64,000 nt of DNA from the human T2T-CHM13v2.0 reference genome, Homo sapiens: the NCBI RefSeq assembly GCF_009914755.1, contig NC_060944.1; one strand, 5' to 3'. The notes under the pieces are model-generated. The model was not told the origin of the DNA. It worked only from the letters and a program-made list of their open reading frames with translations, and searched no databases. This document shows positions 20,551 to 35,267 of this stretch, in pieces. The number at the start of each line of letters is the position of its first letter. Position 1 is the stretch's first letter. The position numbers and the translations under genes were made by a program.

Positions 20551-22706
20551 GAACGTAAGTGGAGCGGTTGGGTTTTCTGGGGTGCTTTTCCTGCTGAGAG
20601 GTGGGGGCGGAGTGGTGGGGGGCTAAGGTCTTCACATGTGCCCTCCTTGCCTGCCCCAGCAGGACCTTGCTGGGGTGAAGTGTGCTCTTCGTCTGGTGTG
20701 TGGCTGGGTGTGTATGTGTGTCTGTGCTGGTGCTGGGAGAGGGGTGCACCATAGCCGCTCTCAGCCCCCATTTTCTCTGACTCTGCCCCTGGGCTGCCTG
20801 CTGGGGAGAGTTCAACACCTCGCTCAGTTCACTCTAGGGACAAGCTGGGTCCTGGGCATGGGGGACGGGAGGGGAGCTGTGGCCAGTGCCAGGCAGGGCT
20901 GCTAGAACTTCTCACCAGGATCTAAGGCCTGACTCAGCAGGAGGAGGGTGGAGACTTCCCTTGGAGCCTCAGGGAAGAAGGCAGACAGGGCCAGGAGCGG
21001 GAGGGGTGTGCAGCTGGTGCCAGGGATGGAGCACCCAGGCCCTGGGGCTGTTCAGCCTTTGGCGGGTAGAGGGGAGATAGATCCCTGGGCTGGGCCCTGG
21101 GAGAGGCCCTGTAAGGAGACCCCACCCACCGCTGCCGAGGAGCCGCTATTGGAACCCGGTGCCCTCAGTGGAAGCCTCTTTCATGTCCCCTTCTGATCCT
21201 TCTCCTGGGCATTTCCAGCCTCTGGGCTGGGACTTGCTTCAGCTCGGGCCCCTCACTAGCCCCCCACCCTGGCACTTGGGGGAGGGACTTCTCACAGGTA
21301 CCCACTCTGTCCCCTCCTCACACAGACCATGAGGCTGTGTTGCCACCCAAGGTATCTTCCAAGCTCTCCACCCCATTGGCCTAGAGGGGGTTGCAGTGGG
21401 GGTGAGGAGTCCAGAATAGGGGATGTGTGCTGGCCATGGGACTGCCACTGTGGCCTCCCCAGGCTGTCTGTGTCTGTGGGAGTTGCCGGGGAAGGCGTGG
21501 CTGGGGAGATGCCCAGCCCAAACAGGGAGGCACTGGAGGCCGGGGGCAGGGGCTGTCCACATGAATTTAGGCAGCAGGACAGGCTGGGTCTGTTGTCTCT
21601 CCTGCCTTGGTTGGGGGTTGGGGGAGGGGCAGGTGGTCTCATGCCTGGGCCAGCCACTTGCGGATTCTGGCTGCTGGGTCGCCCTCTGGCTGAGGTCCCC
21701 ATGGAAGGGGGTGCATCTTGGGCTTGCTGACCCCAGGGCTCCAGGGGGTGGGCCAGAGCAGGAGTTGGTGGGCACGAGAGCTGGGTGTGGCTTGCATTCT
21801 CACAGGTGTGAGCATTTATCTCATGGTATGATCCCAGGAAGAGTCCATGTTGGTGCCTCAGAGACCCCCCTCCCCCCGCCTCCACCGAAAGACAGATGTG
21901 GCTTGTGTCCCTTTGGGTCTCACCGTCTCTGCCTCCCTGCTGTGTGCTGGCAGACTGCTTGGAAGACATGGGCGATGACCTCGGTGTCCTGTGGGCTGTG
22001 TCTGCCTGCCTGGTGCATCTCTGTCTACCTCTGAGCCTGTCTCCTGCCCTCTTCAGCGTGTCTGTGTCTGTCCCCTCTGCGTGTCTCTGTTCCTTTGTCT
22101 TTGAGTTCTGTGTGCTCTGCTGCCAATGGGGTGGGGAAGGGGCCCCAGGTGCAGCCCCTACTGGGGGCCCATCTGAGGGGTGGCACTCATGCTGATTAAC
22201 ACAGAGGTGACATGCCCTGCTTGAGGGGAGGGTACCTGTAAAATAGCCCCATCCCACCCCCTCCACACACACACTCAGGTAGCAGGCACATGTCCATCCC
22301 GCCCCAGGCTTGCTGCACATCCATATGCCACACACACACTGTCACCTGCATGAAGGGCCACACTGGGAGTCTCATTCACACGCATGCAGAACCACAGACA
22401 CACTCTCAGAGGCGTGTGCTCCCCCGTACCTGGGAGGCTGAGCCGCGAGTGAGTTTCCACACCAGGGCAGTAAAGGTTCAGCTCTCCCCACCGACTCCCC
22501 ACCTATGCAGAGGGGGTGCTGGGGCAGGATATGCCCTTCCCCCAGGAGGGAGGTGCATGCCCCTCCTCTTGGCTTATACCTGCCAGGCCCTAGGGAGTGT
22601 GTCTGTGTCTGGGTGTTCACTTTTGGGGGTGATTACTCCAAACTTCCCTGAACACGTGGGTTTGAGGTCGAGAGGACCAAGAGGTCAGCATGGAAAGACG
22701 GTGTCC

Positions 22707-23010
22707 AGGCCGGGCGCTGGGCTCACACCTGTAATCCCAGCACTTTGGGAGGCCGAGGCGGGCGGATCACGAGGTCAGGAGATCGAGACCATCCTGGCTA
22801 ACACGGTGAAACCCCGTCTCTACTAAAAATACAAATTAGCCACGTGTGGTGGTGGGCGCCTGTAGTCCTAGCTACTCAGGAGGCTGAGCAGAATGGTGTG
22901 AACCCAGCAGGTGGAGCTTGCTGTGAACCGAGATTGCTCCACTGCACTCCAGCCTGGGTGACACAGCGAGACTCCGTCTCAAAAAAAAAAAAGAGAGAGA
23001 AAGAAAAAGA
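22707..23010 (+). mobile_element. AluY-like element
   Basis: gatcacgaggtcaggagatcgagaccatcctggctaacacggtgaaacccc (AluY-diagnostic) with A/GA tail. Confidence 0.92.
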
Positions 23011-23769
23011 AAGAGGGTGTCCAGTCCTCCTGGGGGCTAGTGAGATACGACTCCAGAGTTGGGGGGTCTTGGGATGTGAAGCCTGTGCTCTCCTGCCTTG
23101 GCCATCGGACCTGTCTCTGGGCAGAGCTGGACAGGTCACCCGGGTGGGGGGAGCGCTGTGGGTGTAGCATGGTGCTGTCCTCCCTGGGGTGAGTTAGAAC
23201 AGCTGACGGAGACCCTGGAGTCTGTGTCTGCATGTGGGCTGCCAACCTGCCAGCCTCCCTCAGGAAAGGGGGCCGTACTGGGCAGTCCTTGGGCATGGAA
23301 GTTTTAAGGTGGAGGCAAGGGCGATGAAACCCTAGCGGGGGTGTGACAGGATTGCTGGTATAGTCTGACCTCCGATAGGCTTGAGTTAACCTGGGGGTGG
23401 GACAGGAGGGGAGTGGAGGGCTGGGGGGGAGTGTGGACCCATGCCTGCTACCCACGCTCTCTGGGATGTGTCACGGAAGGATGAAGGAGTGCTATGAGGT
23501 TCAAGCTAGGAGTCAGGCTCCCTGGGGGCGATTCGGAGGGAAGGGGCGTCCAGGGCTATTTGGGGAACTGCTTTTCCCTCCCTGCAAACACCACAGATGT
23601 CAGTGTGCAGAGGAAAGGCCCGAGGATTTATTGTGGCCTCTCCGTCCGGGGACCCAGCTCCAGGCTCCTCCTTTATAGAAAGCAAACATCTGTATTCCTC
23701 ACATTGCAAAAGTCTTTGCCACAGTGACGCTTCTGATCACTGAAACTTCTTGGAAGAAAAGTTTAAGAG

Positions 23770-23775
23770 TTTAAT
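23770..23775 (-). terminator. SOX18: SOX18 polyadenylation signal (ATTAAA on the minus strand)
   Basis: tttaat on the plus strand at the end of an AT-rich 3' UTR block. Confidence 0.6.
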
Positions 23776-24189
23776 TAAAAATTAAATATATTGTATTAGG
23801 TATATTTTTTAAAAGGACAAAGTAAAAAATATTAATACAATCTGGTTGTAGAAAATACACTGCAAGAAAAGGAGCAGGTGCTTCAAAAATGTAACCCTGG
23901 CAACTCTGCCAACAGGTCCTGGGCTCGGGCTTCCTGGAAAAGCCCCGGGACACGTGGGAACTCCAGGCACCCTCGCAGGGGCCCCCCGAGGGCAGGTGGC
24001 CCAGAAGCCCAGGAAGGGTGGCCTGGGAGGTGGAACGGGCGCAAGGCCGAGCATCACTGGCTCCTAGGGGGCTGTGACATGGAACCAAACATACACGCGT
24101 ATGAGAGAGCAGAGCGGCAGCGACGCGGTCGGATCGGTCGCGGGGGCTGCGGGAGGAAGCGCTGCAGGGACCCGGGCGGCGCCGGCGGC

Positions 24190-25541
24190 CTAGCCGGAGA
24201 TGCACGCGCTGTAATAGACCGCGCTGCTGGCGTCCGACAGCGCGGAGATCAGGCTGCTCTCCTCTGGGCAGGACATGGCGCGCGGGCCCAGTTTGGCCAG
24301 TGCCACGTGGTACGGGAGCCCGGGGGCGTCGGGCCGAGTCCGGCTGCAGTTGAGGTACTGGTCGAACTCGGTGAGGTCCACGTCGGCCCACAGATCGGCG
24401 GCGGGCCCCAGCGGCTCGGCGCTCTCCAGCGGCGGGGCCTCGGGCGGCGGCGACAGCGGGCCGGGGTACGGGCCGGGCGTGCCCAGGGTGCCGTAGTACA
24501 GGCCAGCGAGCGGCGCCGCGGGGGGCGCGGTCCTGAGCGCCTCCGCCAGGGGAGCCCCGTAGCAACCGCCGGGGTCCCGCGACAACTCGGTGGGCGCGTA
24601 GGGCGCGCGGAAGGGCCGCAGCGCGCAGTCCTCGGGCGCCGCGGGCGGTGGGAAGAAGGCAGCCTCGCCGGGCTCCAGGCCGTCCAGAGGCGAGCGCTCG
24701 GGCGTGGGCAGCCCCAGGCCGTCGAACTCGGCGCCCAGCGGGGGCAGCTCGCGGAAGGCGCGAGCCGAGCCAGACGCCGCGGGGAAAGGCTCGGGCGGTG
24801 GCTGCGGGGGCGCTAATCCCGGGAGCAGGAGGCCGGGCTCCAGCCGCCGGGCCTTGCGCGCCTGCTTCTTGCGGCGCGGCCGGTACTTGTAGTTGGGGTG
24901 GTCGCGCAAGTGCTGCACGCGCAGCCGTTCGGCTTCCTCCACGAAGGGCCGCTTCTCCGCCGCGTTCAGCTCCTTCCACGCTTTGCCTGCGGGCCGTGGG
25001 CGCCAGTGAGTGGAACGCCGTCGGGCGGGTGGGCGCCGAGCCCTCCGTGCGCCCGGGACGCCCCGCGAGGGTTTGGCGCAGCCCCCGCACCCCGCGGCCC
25101 GGGACCCCTGCCCCCCCCCGCCCCACCCCGGCCCGAGCCCCCCCCGCCCTCTCCCCCTTCTCTGCCGCCCTCCCGCCGCTCACCCAGCATCTTGCTGAGC
25201 ACCGCGTTGTGCAGGTCCGGGTTCTGCTGAGCCAGCCGCTTGCGCTCGTCCTTTGCCCACACCATGAAGGCGTTCATGGGCCGCCGGATGCGCGACTCGT
25301 CTGCCGCCTGGCGTTCCCCGCGGCCGGCCGGGCTGAGGCCATAGCGCCCCGGCTCGGGGCTGCGCGGGGGACTGCGCTGCGGGCTGGGCGGCGAGGCGGG
25401 CGCGGCGGGCGCGGCGAGGGCGGCGGGGCCGGCGGCGAGGCCGCGCGTGTCAGCGGCGGCCCCGTGTCCCGGGGCCCATGCACAGTCGCGGCGGGCGGGC
25501 GGGTCGTCCTGTGCGCCGTAGCCGGGCGGCGATCTCTGCAT
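24190..25541 (-). CDS. SOX18: SOX18, SoxF HMG-box transcription factor, 384 aa. Exons 25541-25184 and 24986-24190
   Basis: [11 protein letters not shown]...; HMG box [37 protein letters not shown]|KAW...[12 protein letters not shown] split by a phase-1 intron; SoxF motif EFDQYL; 358+797=1155 nt. Confidence 0.98.
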
Positions 25542-25684
25542 TCCAGCTGGGCGCGGCCTGGGCGGAACGGAGCGCGGGAGCGCGGCGGGCGGGCGGCGGG
25601 CACTGGGGAGCCGGGCGCAAGGGCAGGCCAGGCCGGGAGGGCGGATGGCGGTGGGGACGGCGGTGGCCTCGGGCCGGGCGGGCG

Positions 25685-25760
25685 CCCAGATATAGCGGCT
25701 CAGGGCCAATCGGCGGCGGGGCGGGCGGGCGGGGGCGGGTCGGGGCCGCCTCCTCCCCGG
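25685..25760 (-). promoter_or_regulatory. SOX18: SOX18 core promoter within a CpG island (about 24000-26000)
   Basis: TATA-like gctatatc (minus, about 25689-25696), CCAAT at 25706-25710, several GGGCGG boxes. Confidence 0.7.
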
Positions 25761-28700
25761 GGGCTCCCTTTCTTCTCAGGCCGGGCGGGATTCCGCTGAG
25801 GCCTCCCCCGCGCACAGCCCCCCCACCTCCCCCGCGACCTCTCAGAAGGAGAGACCCCCCGGGTGGGAAAGAAAGGGCTGCTGATGAGGGCCGGTGCTGC
25901 CAGACTTTCGGAGGCGAGCTGCCACCCACCCACGGAGTCGGACCCCCGGGCAGTAACTGGGGGAGGGCGGCAGTGTCCCGCTGGTTGCCGTTCCCCGCCC
26001 CCCGCTGGGAGGCTCCATGGGGAGGAGAGGGCCCTTTTTCACACCAAGTTCTGGGGAGGCTGCCTTCCCAACAGCCGGTAAGTCCTTCCTGGAGTGCAGC
26101 GCCTTCAGAAAAGGCCCCGTCTTTGGGGAGGCGCTCTGAGTCCCCAGGGGCGCCCATGCTGGAAACTCTACACCCATGTGTAACCGTCAGCACCAGGGAC
26201 TTTGAGTGCCTTTATGGGACAAGATGGTCTTCTGTCCTCACTCCCAAACCAACTCTGGCACAAGGCAAAGCTGACACAGGGAGGGAGAGAGCAGAGGCCC
26301 TGGACGGAGCCCACAAAGAGAAGGGGGAGCAGGGACGCAGAGGCTGTGGCGTCCTCCCTGCCCCCCAAGGGCCCTTGGGGAAGGGGCTGGGACCCTCAGT
26401 GGCTTGCTGGCTCCCCTGCCCAGCCCAGGCCACCGCTGCAGCAAGAGGCAGGGCCTACCTGGGTCCTTCCCACTGGCCCCTCCCTGGACCCTCTGACCTG
26501 GGCGGGGGCGGGTTCCGGAGGAGCGTCCAGCTTCCTGAATTTTCACTGTCCCCTTCCTACTCCATCAGGAGGGGATCTGGGCTCCAGAGCTGAGGGTCTC
26601 CCTCTGGAGGTCCTCCCCTCCCACTGCCACGCATGGTTCTACTGGAGAAGGGTTGGGTGTCCCCAGCAGCCCTCCAGGCAGGGTCAGAATCTCGCCACCT
26701 CGCGGCACATCTCCTCATAGCCTGGAGGCTCCCCAGCTCCCCCCGCCACACTATGCCGGGAGCCCCATGGGTAGAGGCCACAGGTCTTGTGACCCTGAGC
26801 CTGTGTGGCCAGAAGCTCTTGGTTCTCTGTCCCTGCCAGCCTCGCTAGGCCACATCCAGCCTGTGTTATGAATGGGGTGGGCCCCACGTGGGCCTTGCAG
26901 TGCCCCTTAGAGGCTGTTCCTGAACTGTCCCCAGGGGCACTCCTGCCCTGAGGCCAGCACCCCCACAGGGGCACTCCCACCGAGGGCTGTCGCGGTCGGT
27001 GTTCAGCCCTCCCCAAAGCCCCACATCACAGTCTGTCTCGACGCCCATCGTCCCAGCATACGGGGCTGGGTCTCCCAGTCTGGTCTCCAGATCTCCCGTC
27101 CCTCCAGTTTGCCCCACGGGCCTAGCACCTCGTTCACAGACACTGAGCCAGTGCTGGCTAATGGGGGGCCCGTGGGGCACCAGGAGGTGCGGCCCCTGGC
27201 TTTTCTGGGGAGGCAGGCAGGGTTGTGGCCACAGGGATGGAGGGGCTCACAGGCCTCTGCCGGATGCTGCTAGTCCTCCTTTAATCTCAGTATGGGTGGC
27301 TGGACCCTTGGCCGAGTCTCAGTGTGGGTGGGCCTCCTGGGCAGCTGGCAGGAGGGTGCAGGGGGGGTGGGGAGCCGTGCGAAGACCCCAAAGGGCTACC
27401 ACTTGGCGGAAGCTCTTTCTACTCACAACCTTAGGGTTGCAGTCAGGGGTCACCAGGGCCTGGCTCAGCCTGGGCAGTGGCTGGTCACTGTGGCCTGGGA
27501 AAGAGGTCCTCGGGGTCCTCTGCAGTAGCCCTCACACGTGGGGAAGGATTTGCAGTTCCCTGGGGGCCCTGCTTGGTCCTCTGCCACCCCCGAGAGCCCA
27601 GAGTCACTGGAGCTGCTCTAAACATAGTGGCAGGCAGTGTCCGGCATGACCTCATCGCCTCCACGTCCCCCACAACACCCACCAGCAGCCGCCTTGCCTG
27701 GCGCCAGCCAGTGACCCACCCTCTTGGCTGGGCTGTGGACTCAGGTGTCCGGCTGTCATGTCCTGTGAGTCGGGGCTGGGCGGGGAGCCTCCTGAGGTGC
27801 TCCTCTCCCTCTGCGTGGCAGGGAGGAGGCTGGCAGCCCTGGCCCAGTGTCCAGATGGGACAAAGTGGGGGTAGGGACCACAGCCAGGGTGGCGTGATCT
27901 GGAGCCGCAGGGCTGGGGGGACTTGCCAGGGCTGTAGAGGGGATGGTGTGGGTGTGGCCAGCTGTGCTGAGGGAGGGGCATCCGATGTGTGTCTGTGCAT
28001 CTGTGTGTGGCCTGTGTCTGTCTGTCTGCCTGGGTGTGGGGTGAGGGGGACTCTAGTGCTGGAGGCTGCCCAGGGCCTTGAGAGCCAGGCAAGCTGGACG
28101 TTCCCAGGAAGAGATGAGGACCCATAATAGGTCCAGGACCAGGGGTCCTGCTCCGTGAAGTTTGGAGGGTCCCCAAGGCTTCTCTGGCCACTGAGCTTGG
28201 GCCCCAGCATTCTCCAAAAGAGGGCAGGCAGTTCATGAGTCTAGGGGCATTCCTCTGCCTCTGGAACCCCACCTCAGTCTGTCCTGGACTAGGTGGGCTA
28301 TGGCCCACCCTTGGGAAGGAGCCTATCTGTAGCCCCCAAGCCCCAGTCAGAAAGGCAGAGTTTGGGGGCAAGCTTTCTCTACAAGGGTGGGGCTGGCCTG
28401 GGCACTGAGTGGACACTGTCCTCCTGCCTGCCACCTGCCCCTCTCCCTCAGCTTGGACAGGAACCCCGGCCTCCAAGTGAGGTCTGCAAAGGATGCTGGG
28501 TAGTCCCCCTCCGTGGCTCTGGGTGGGAGCTTGGCTTGGCGCGGCTCTGGGCCGCGATGGCAGGACCTCCCAGCCACTGCCTGGGCACAGACCTCCCAGG
28601 ATCCCACCAGCCCAGCCCCTGCGGCTGCAAGAGCAGCGAGGCTGGGACCAATTACCGAGTCCCGCAGGGCCTGGACCCTCCTGCTCCTCAAGGGTGAAGG

Positions 28701-30856
28701 TGGGGGTTCCTGTTGGATGCAGTTTCAGGTGGAGGGGGCTCTCTGGCCTCCCGAACCTCGGCTCTCTCCAGTTCAGATCCTACCTTCTGCCCACAGCTGA
28801 ACACCTCTTCCTACAGGGAGCCCCCGACCTCCCAGCCACTGTCCTCCAGAGGCCATAGCATCTTGGTCTCCTTCTGTCTGCTGCCTCGGTAGGCTTCCTT
28901 TGGGACCCGTGGAGGCATGTCTGACTCCTCAGGAGCTCTGTATTTAGTGGGCCTCGTCCTGGGGTGGCGGCTCCAGGCCTAGTGAGACATGGCAGAGGCC
29001 AGGGCAGGGAGAATGTGAAGCTGGGGCGAGGGTCTGTGACGAGGCCGCCTGACGCCTCAGCACCAGGTGGACACAGTTGTGTGCATGTCCCTCTTGGCCA
29101 ATGACAGGTCCGGTTCAGGTGGCCCTTGCCCAGGGACAGAGGCTTCTCCTGGCTCCGTGCCTTCCAGCTCTCAGTCCTGGTGTGCACAGCGTCACCGGGC
29201 TTCCGATAGCTGCCGGCCTCAACTCTGGGAGAGGGCAGGTGGGGCGGCAGGAGGTGCCTGTGCTTTCCTAGGCATGAGCAGGCATGAGAGGTGCACATGC
29301 TCCTGCTCACCTGGGCGGCGCCTCTCAACTGTTAGGTGTGGGGTTAGGGTTCACCTGACGATTTGCCGCAGTCCAGCGGACCCGAGAGTTGCATGCAGAG
29401 CTGGGGTTGCGGTGCGAGTGGGGAAGGGTCTGAAGGTGTGGGTGCAGGGGGCTGTGCTGGGGCCTGCAGGCTGGGGTGTGCGGTGTGAGTGGCGTGCTTT
29501 TGTAGTCTAAGGGGTGATGTGCCAGTCGTCGTGTGGTGTCAGGTGTCAGTCATCGTGTGGTGTCAGGGTCTCTTCTACTCGGTGCTAAGGGCCAGCAGGA
29601 CCGAGAGGGGTAGGGGCTTCTCTGGGTCGAGGGCCACAGGGGGCTGGTGGGGGTGGGAGTGCTGAATGCACAGGGTGATGCTGGGCTTCGGGTAGCAGAT
29701 GTGCTGTGGACAGTCGGGGTCGGGTCATCTGCGGCGAGCGGGGCTTCTGTAGGTGCTCCCAGGGCCCTGGTGATGTGGAAGCTGTTCTCAAATTCTGGGG
29801 TGTTGTGCTGTGGTGGGCATGTACCTAGGGTGTTATCAAGGGCTGTGCCCACTTTTAGGGGCACTGGGCAAGAGTCGGGGTGTCAGAGCAGCTGCTTGAG
29901 CTCCGTGGGGGCCATTGTGTGGCCCTTGGGGTGTCCTGCCCTGGGGGCGGCTGCAGGGCCGCTTGTGTCCCTGGGTGTTGCTGCCTGCTGTGCGGCCTTC
30001 CCAGTGATGTTTGTGTGTGTGTGTGTGTTGGGGGGGTTCCATGGGAAGCAGGCTGGGGGGCTGGGCTGCTCCGGGTTTCTGAGGCAACAGCAGGGAGGGG
30101 CCAGGAAACTGCAGCTCAGGAAGGAAGGCCGGCCTTGCAGGAGGGGGCCTGGGGCCAGCTTGGGCTGAGCAGGCGCCAGACATTCTGTGCTGCGGCCCCG
30201 GCCCCCACTGGCTGGGAGCTCCTGCCCAAGTTCCGCTGGCCCCACCCTTGTCTCCACCTCCATGCTTGTATGGCTGCCTTTATTCAGACCGTGGTGACTT
30301 GGGCTTGGGTCTGTGGGTGACCTGGTCCTGTGCTTATGTGAGCCCCAGTCCATTTGTGGCTCTGTAGAGGCCCAGATGGGGCTCTCAGTGTACCCTGCAC
30401 CGTGGGGCATGTGTTAGCACACTCCGGTCCCCAGGGTCCCTGGAGGGCAGTGTCCACTCTGACTACCCTGTCCTGGGCTGGCCCAGCCTCCTTCTCCCCT
30501 GCCAGGCTGGTAAGTCGGGAGAGGGAGAACATCCTCAGGGGTCATCTGTCTCCCAGCCACGGAGGGGCACTGCAGGGCCGGATGCCTGAAGCTGTGTGTT
30601 TCTTTTTGTTGCTTGTCCTGGCATTGGTGACAGCCAGCTGGGGCTGCCACATAGGCTGGAGGGGGCAGGCCTGTGTTCTGGGGGCTCATCCACCCCTTCT
30701 TGCTCAGGGACAGGCAACATCTATCCATCCATTTGTTATTGAGCACCTGTTGTGTAGTAGACCCTGTTTTAGGGGTTAGGAATTTGGCAGAGAACAAAAC
30801 AGACAGGTCCCTGCCTGTGGGAAGCTTCCATTATGGTGAGAAGAGACAGACAATCA

Positions 30857-31951
<1,095 letters not shown>

Positions 31952-34883
31952 TCAGGTCTCTAGGCTTCACCCATAGCCCCGACCCCACGGCTGCCTGGGG
32001 CCTCTGGGGAAGGGGAGGGTGGAGTGGCCGCCAGGCTGGCGGGCTGGCAGGGCTGCATTTCTGGGAATTGTGTGGGGGAAGTGCATTGTTAGAGCAAGCC
32101 TGGAGCAGGCCGCCAGGGCCGCCACTGGCCTCTGGGGATGCCTCTTGCCTCCCCCAGCGTTGCTTCTGTGGGAGGGAGCTGGGACTGGGCCAAGGCTATG
32201 GGCTGGGCTGGGGACTTTCCGAGAGACGCTGCCCTGGGCAGGTGGCTCTTCCCATTCTACAGACTGGGCGACTGAGGTCCAGAGAGCCGGGTGCTGCAGT
32301 GGCATAGCCAGGAGCAGTGGGCCCAGTCCCCATCCCCTGCCCTCCTCTGCTGGCGCATGGGACAGGGGAGCACTTGCTGGACCTAAGCCCCGTCGCTGCC
32401 CTGCTGGTGGGGGCATCCAAGGGAGGCCTGGGTGGGGTCCACTGGGGTCACAGCTCGGCAGAGCCCCCAAGGTGGGCTGGAGGGTCTGATGGAAAGGGGC
32501 GCAGAGACGGCTCCTAGGTGCTTGGGCTGTGGGAGGGCTGCCCATGGGGTGGCAGGGGGTGGGGGCTCCTGGGGCTGCAGGATCCCCCAGCCCCCGCTCT
32601 GTGGTTGCAGGAAGCAAGGGGGGCTCCGTGTGAGTTTGGCAGCGGGAGCCTTCCCACCACGGCGCTGCCTCAGCCAGAGGGGAAGCATGGATAGCGGCCA
32701 CTGGGGTCATGGCCGGCTTTGGGCGGGCAGGGGGCAGGGGACACAAATAGAAAAATAAATGGCCTGAGTTTCCGACGTTTCCTGGACTCAGGATGGGGGA
32801 GGGGCAGGCCTTTGGGCCAAAGGTGCGGCTGGCCCTGTGGGGTGGACCAGGGGTTTCTCCCCAGACGCCTGTTGGGGCCAGGGCTGCCCCCTCAGACCTC
32901 CAAGGTGGGTCACATCTCCCCCTTAGAGCCCTCAGGACAGGGCCCCGTTGCCCACAGAGAATTCCTAAAGGCCTATCCATATGTCCCTGTCCATAAAGAC
33001 GTCGAGTGTGGAGGACACCCTGGAGGAGGAGACGGAACCCTCCTGTTTGCTGGGGCTCGGCCCCCGGTGAGGCTGGCCGCAGGTGACCACAGAGACCTAG
33101 CCTGGTGTCGTGCGGCCGCTGGGTCCGTGAAGGGGAGTGAGGCACTCCTCACCCTGTGGCACCTCCTAGTCAGGAGGCCTCTCCCCTCCACCTGCACGTC
33201 ATGTGGCTGTGGCTCCCAGGACCAGCGCCTGGAGCGGGTGAGTGAACGTCCCTCTCCTCCGTGGGCACTGCCTCCGCTGTGAGCCACCCTTCAGGCTACG
33301 TGCATTTCCGCCTGTTCTCAGGGTTTAACCGAAACCGAACATTAACCGTAGCCCTAACGCGGCTGAGGGATCCAGGCCTTGCCTCTGGGCCGGGTGAGAG
33401 ACAGACACTCGCCAACCAGTCCGCAGTGGCTCCCCGTGTGTGCGAGGCTCCCGCCTGCGTGTGTGCGTGTGCATGTGTGCCTGCGCACAGGGGAGGGAAA
33501 GTTCTTCAGCTGCCGAGGGCGGGAGTAGGGGCTGGAGCAGCACCCTGCGGGGAGGCCCCACAGGAGAATCGATGGTTCTGATGCTGTCAGCCTCTGGGTG
33601 CAAATTCTGAGGGCCCGGGAGCGTCTGGCGGCCCTGAGCAGCTTGCTGGGGAAGCTCCGTGGAGGAGGAAGTCCGGAGGTCGGTAAGCTCCAGGAGGGGT
33701 CTGCTGGGGGCCGAGAATGCTCTGAGCAAGGTCCCAGAAGTCCAGAGCTCCTGAGGGACCCGGGACCAGGGGCACTGGGGAGTTTCAGGGTTGGTCGCCG
33801 CCACAGCCCTCACAAACGAGGCCACTCTCTAGGACTGGCCACCTTCTCACCTCGGCCACTTCACAGTCCTGGGGGGCAGCTGTGGCTCTTGCTGGGAACC
33901 ACCTGGACCTCCCTGGGGCTTGGGGGTGGGGTGGTGGTGAAGTGAGGCCCACCCGTCCGTGGCTCACTCCTGCCACCTAGAGGCCACTGTTCCTCACAGG
34001 CTCTGGGGCCAGTCACCTGCCTCTGCCCGGGGGCGGGACCATCCCACCGGATTGCAGGTTCCCTGATCACCAGGATGGGCCTACACCTCTCCGCCTGCAG
34101 TAGTTGCTTCCACGCAGGACTAGAGCATGTCAGGGTTCGGGGCTCCTGTCATAGCGGAGTGGCTGCGGCCCGCAGGTCAGAGGCACCCGACCTCTTCTGC
34201 TAACCCCCTTCCCTGCCTGTCCCGTCCACTCCTTTCTCTCCATCACCTGCCCCTGCCATGAACCAGGCCACCAGTGACCCCATCCACACCTGTCCGACCA
34301 GGCTCCCCACGTGCCCTAATGCAGCCCCGTAGGCTGGGCCCACGGCTGACACCCCTTCCTGAGGGATCCCCGACCTGCCAGCCGTTGTCCTTAAGACGCC
34401 ACAGCATCTTGACCTCCCCGTCTGCAGCCTCTGTGGGCCTCCACTGGGACCCACTGAGACATGTCAGGCTCCTCACGAGCTCTGTCTTGTGTGGCCATGC
34501 CCAGGGCCCCAGGACGTAGAAGACCACCTGGCATCTCATGGAGGAGGAAACAGGGCCCAGAGTGGGACCTCCACTCAGGCTCAGCAAGGGCCGAGTCCCA
34601 GTTCCTGGAGTCCTAGTTGAGGCCCCTCCTACACAGAGCACAAGGTGGAATTCACGGGGTCATAAAGGCAGCCAGTTCTACCAACACACAGTTATGCAAA
34701 TATTTTCTTAAAGTGTGATATCAAAACCCAAGTGCTTCTTTACCAATCTGCTGAACAAGATGTGACTCACTGAACAGCCTCTGCAGTCCCAGCAGCAGCG
34801 AGTGTGGGGGTGCGAGGCAGTTCCCATCTGTGCCGGGTCAGCCACGGGCCCAGCTGACCAGATTTGGTTCATGGCCTCGTTCA

Positions 34884-35267
<384 letters not shown>

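Noticed and set aside
23771-26593. Several 300-470 aa ORFs overlapping SOX18
   Set aside because: Alternative-frame or antisense shadows of a very GC-rich gene; low-complexity products.
29330-29352. Telomere-like TTAGG(G) motifs
   Set aside because: Only two imperfect units; not an interstitial telomeric array.
31967-33145. 392-aa minus-strand ORF, and similar ones at 21292-22335, 55449-56558, 59225-60427
   Set aside because: No recognisable domains or supporting gene structure; expected by chance in GC-rich DNA or antisense to real exons.
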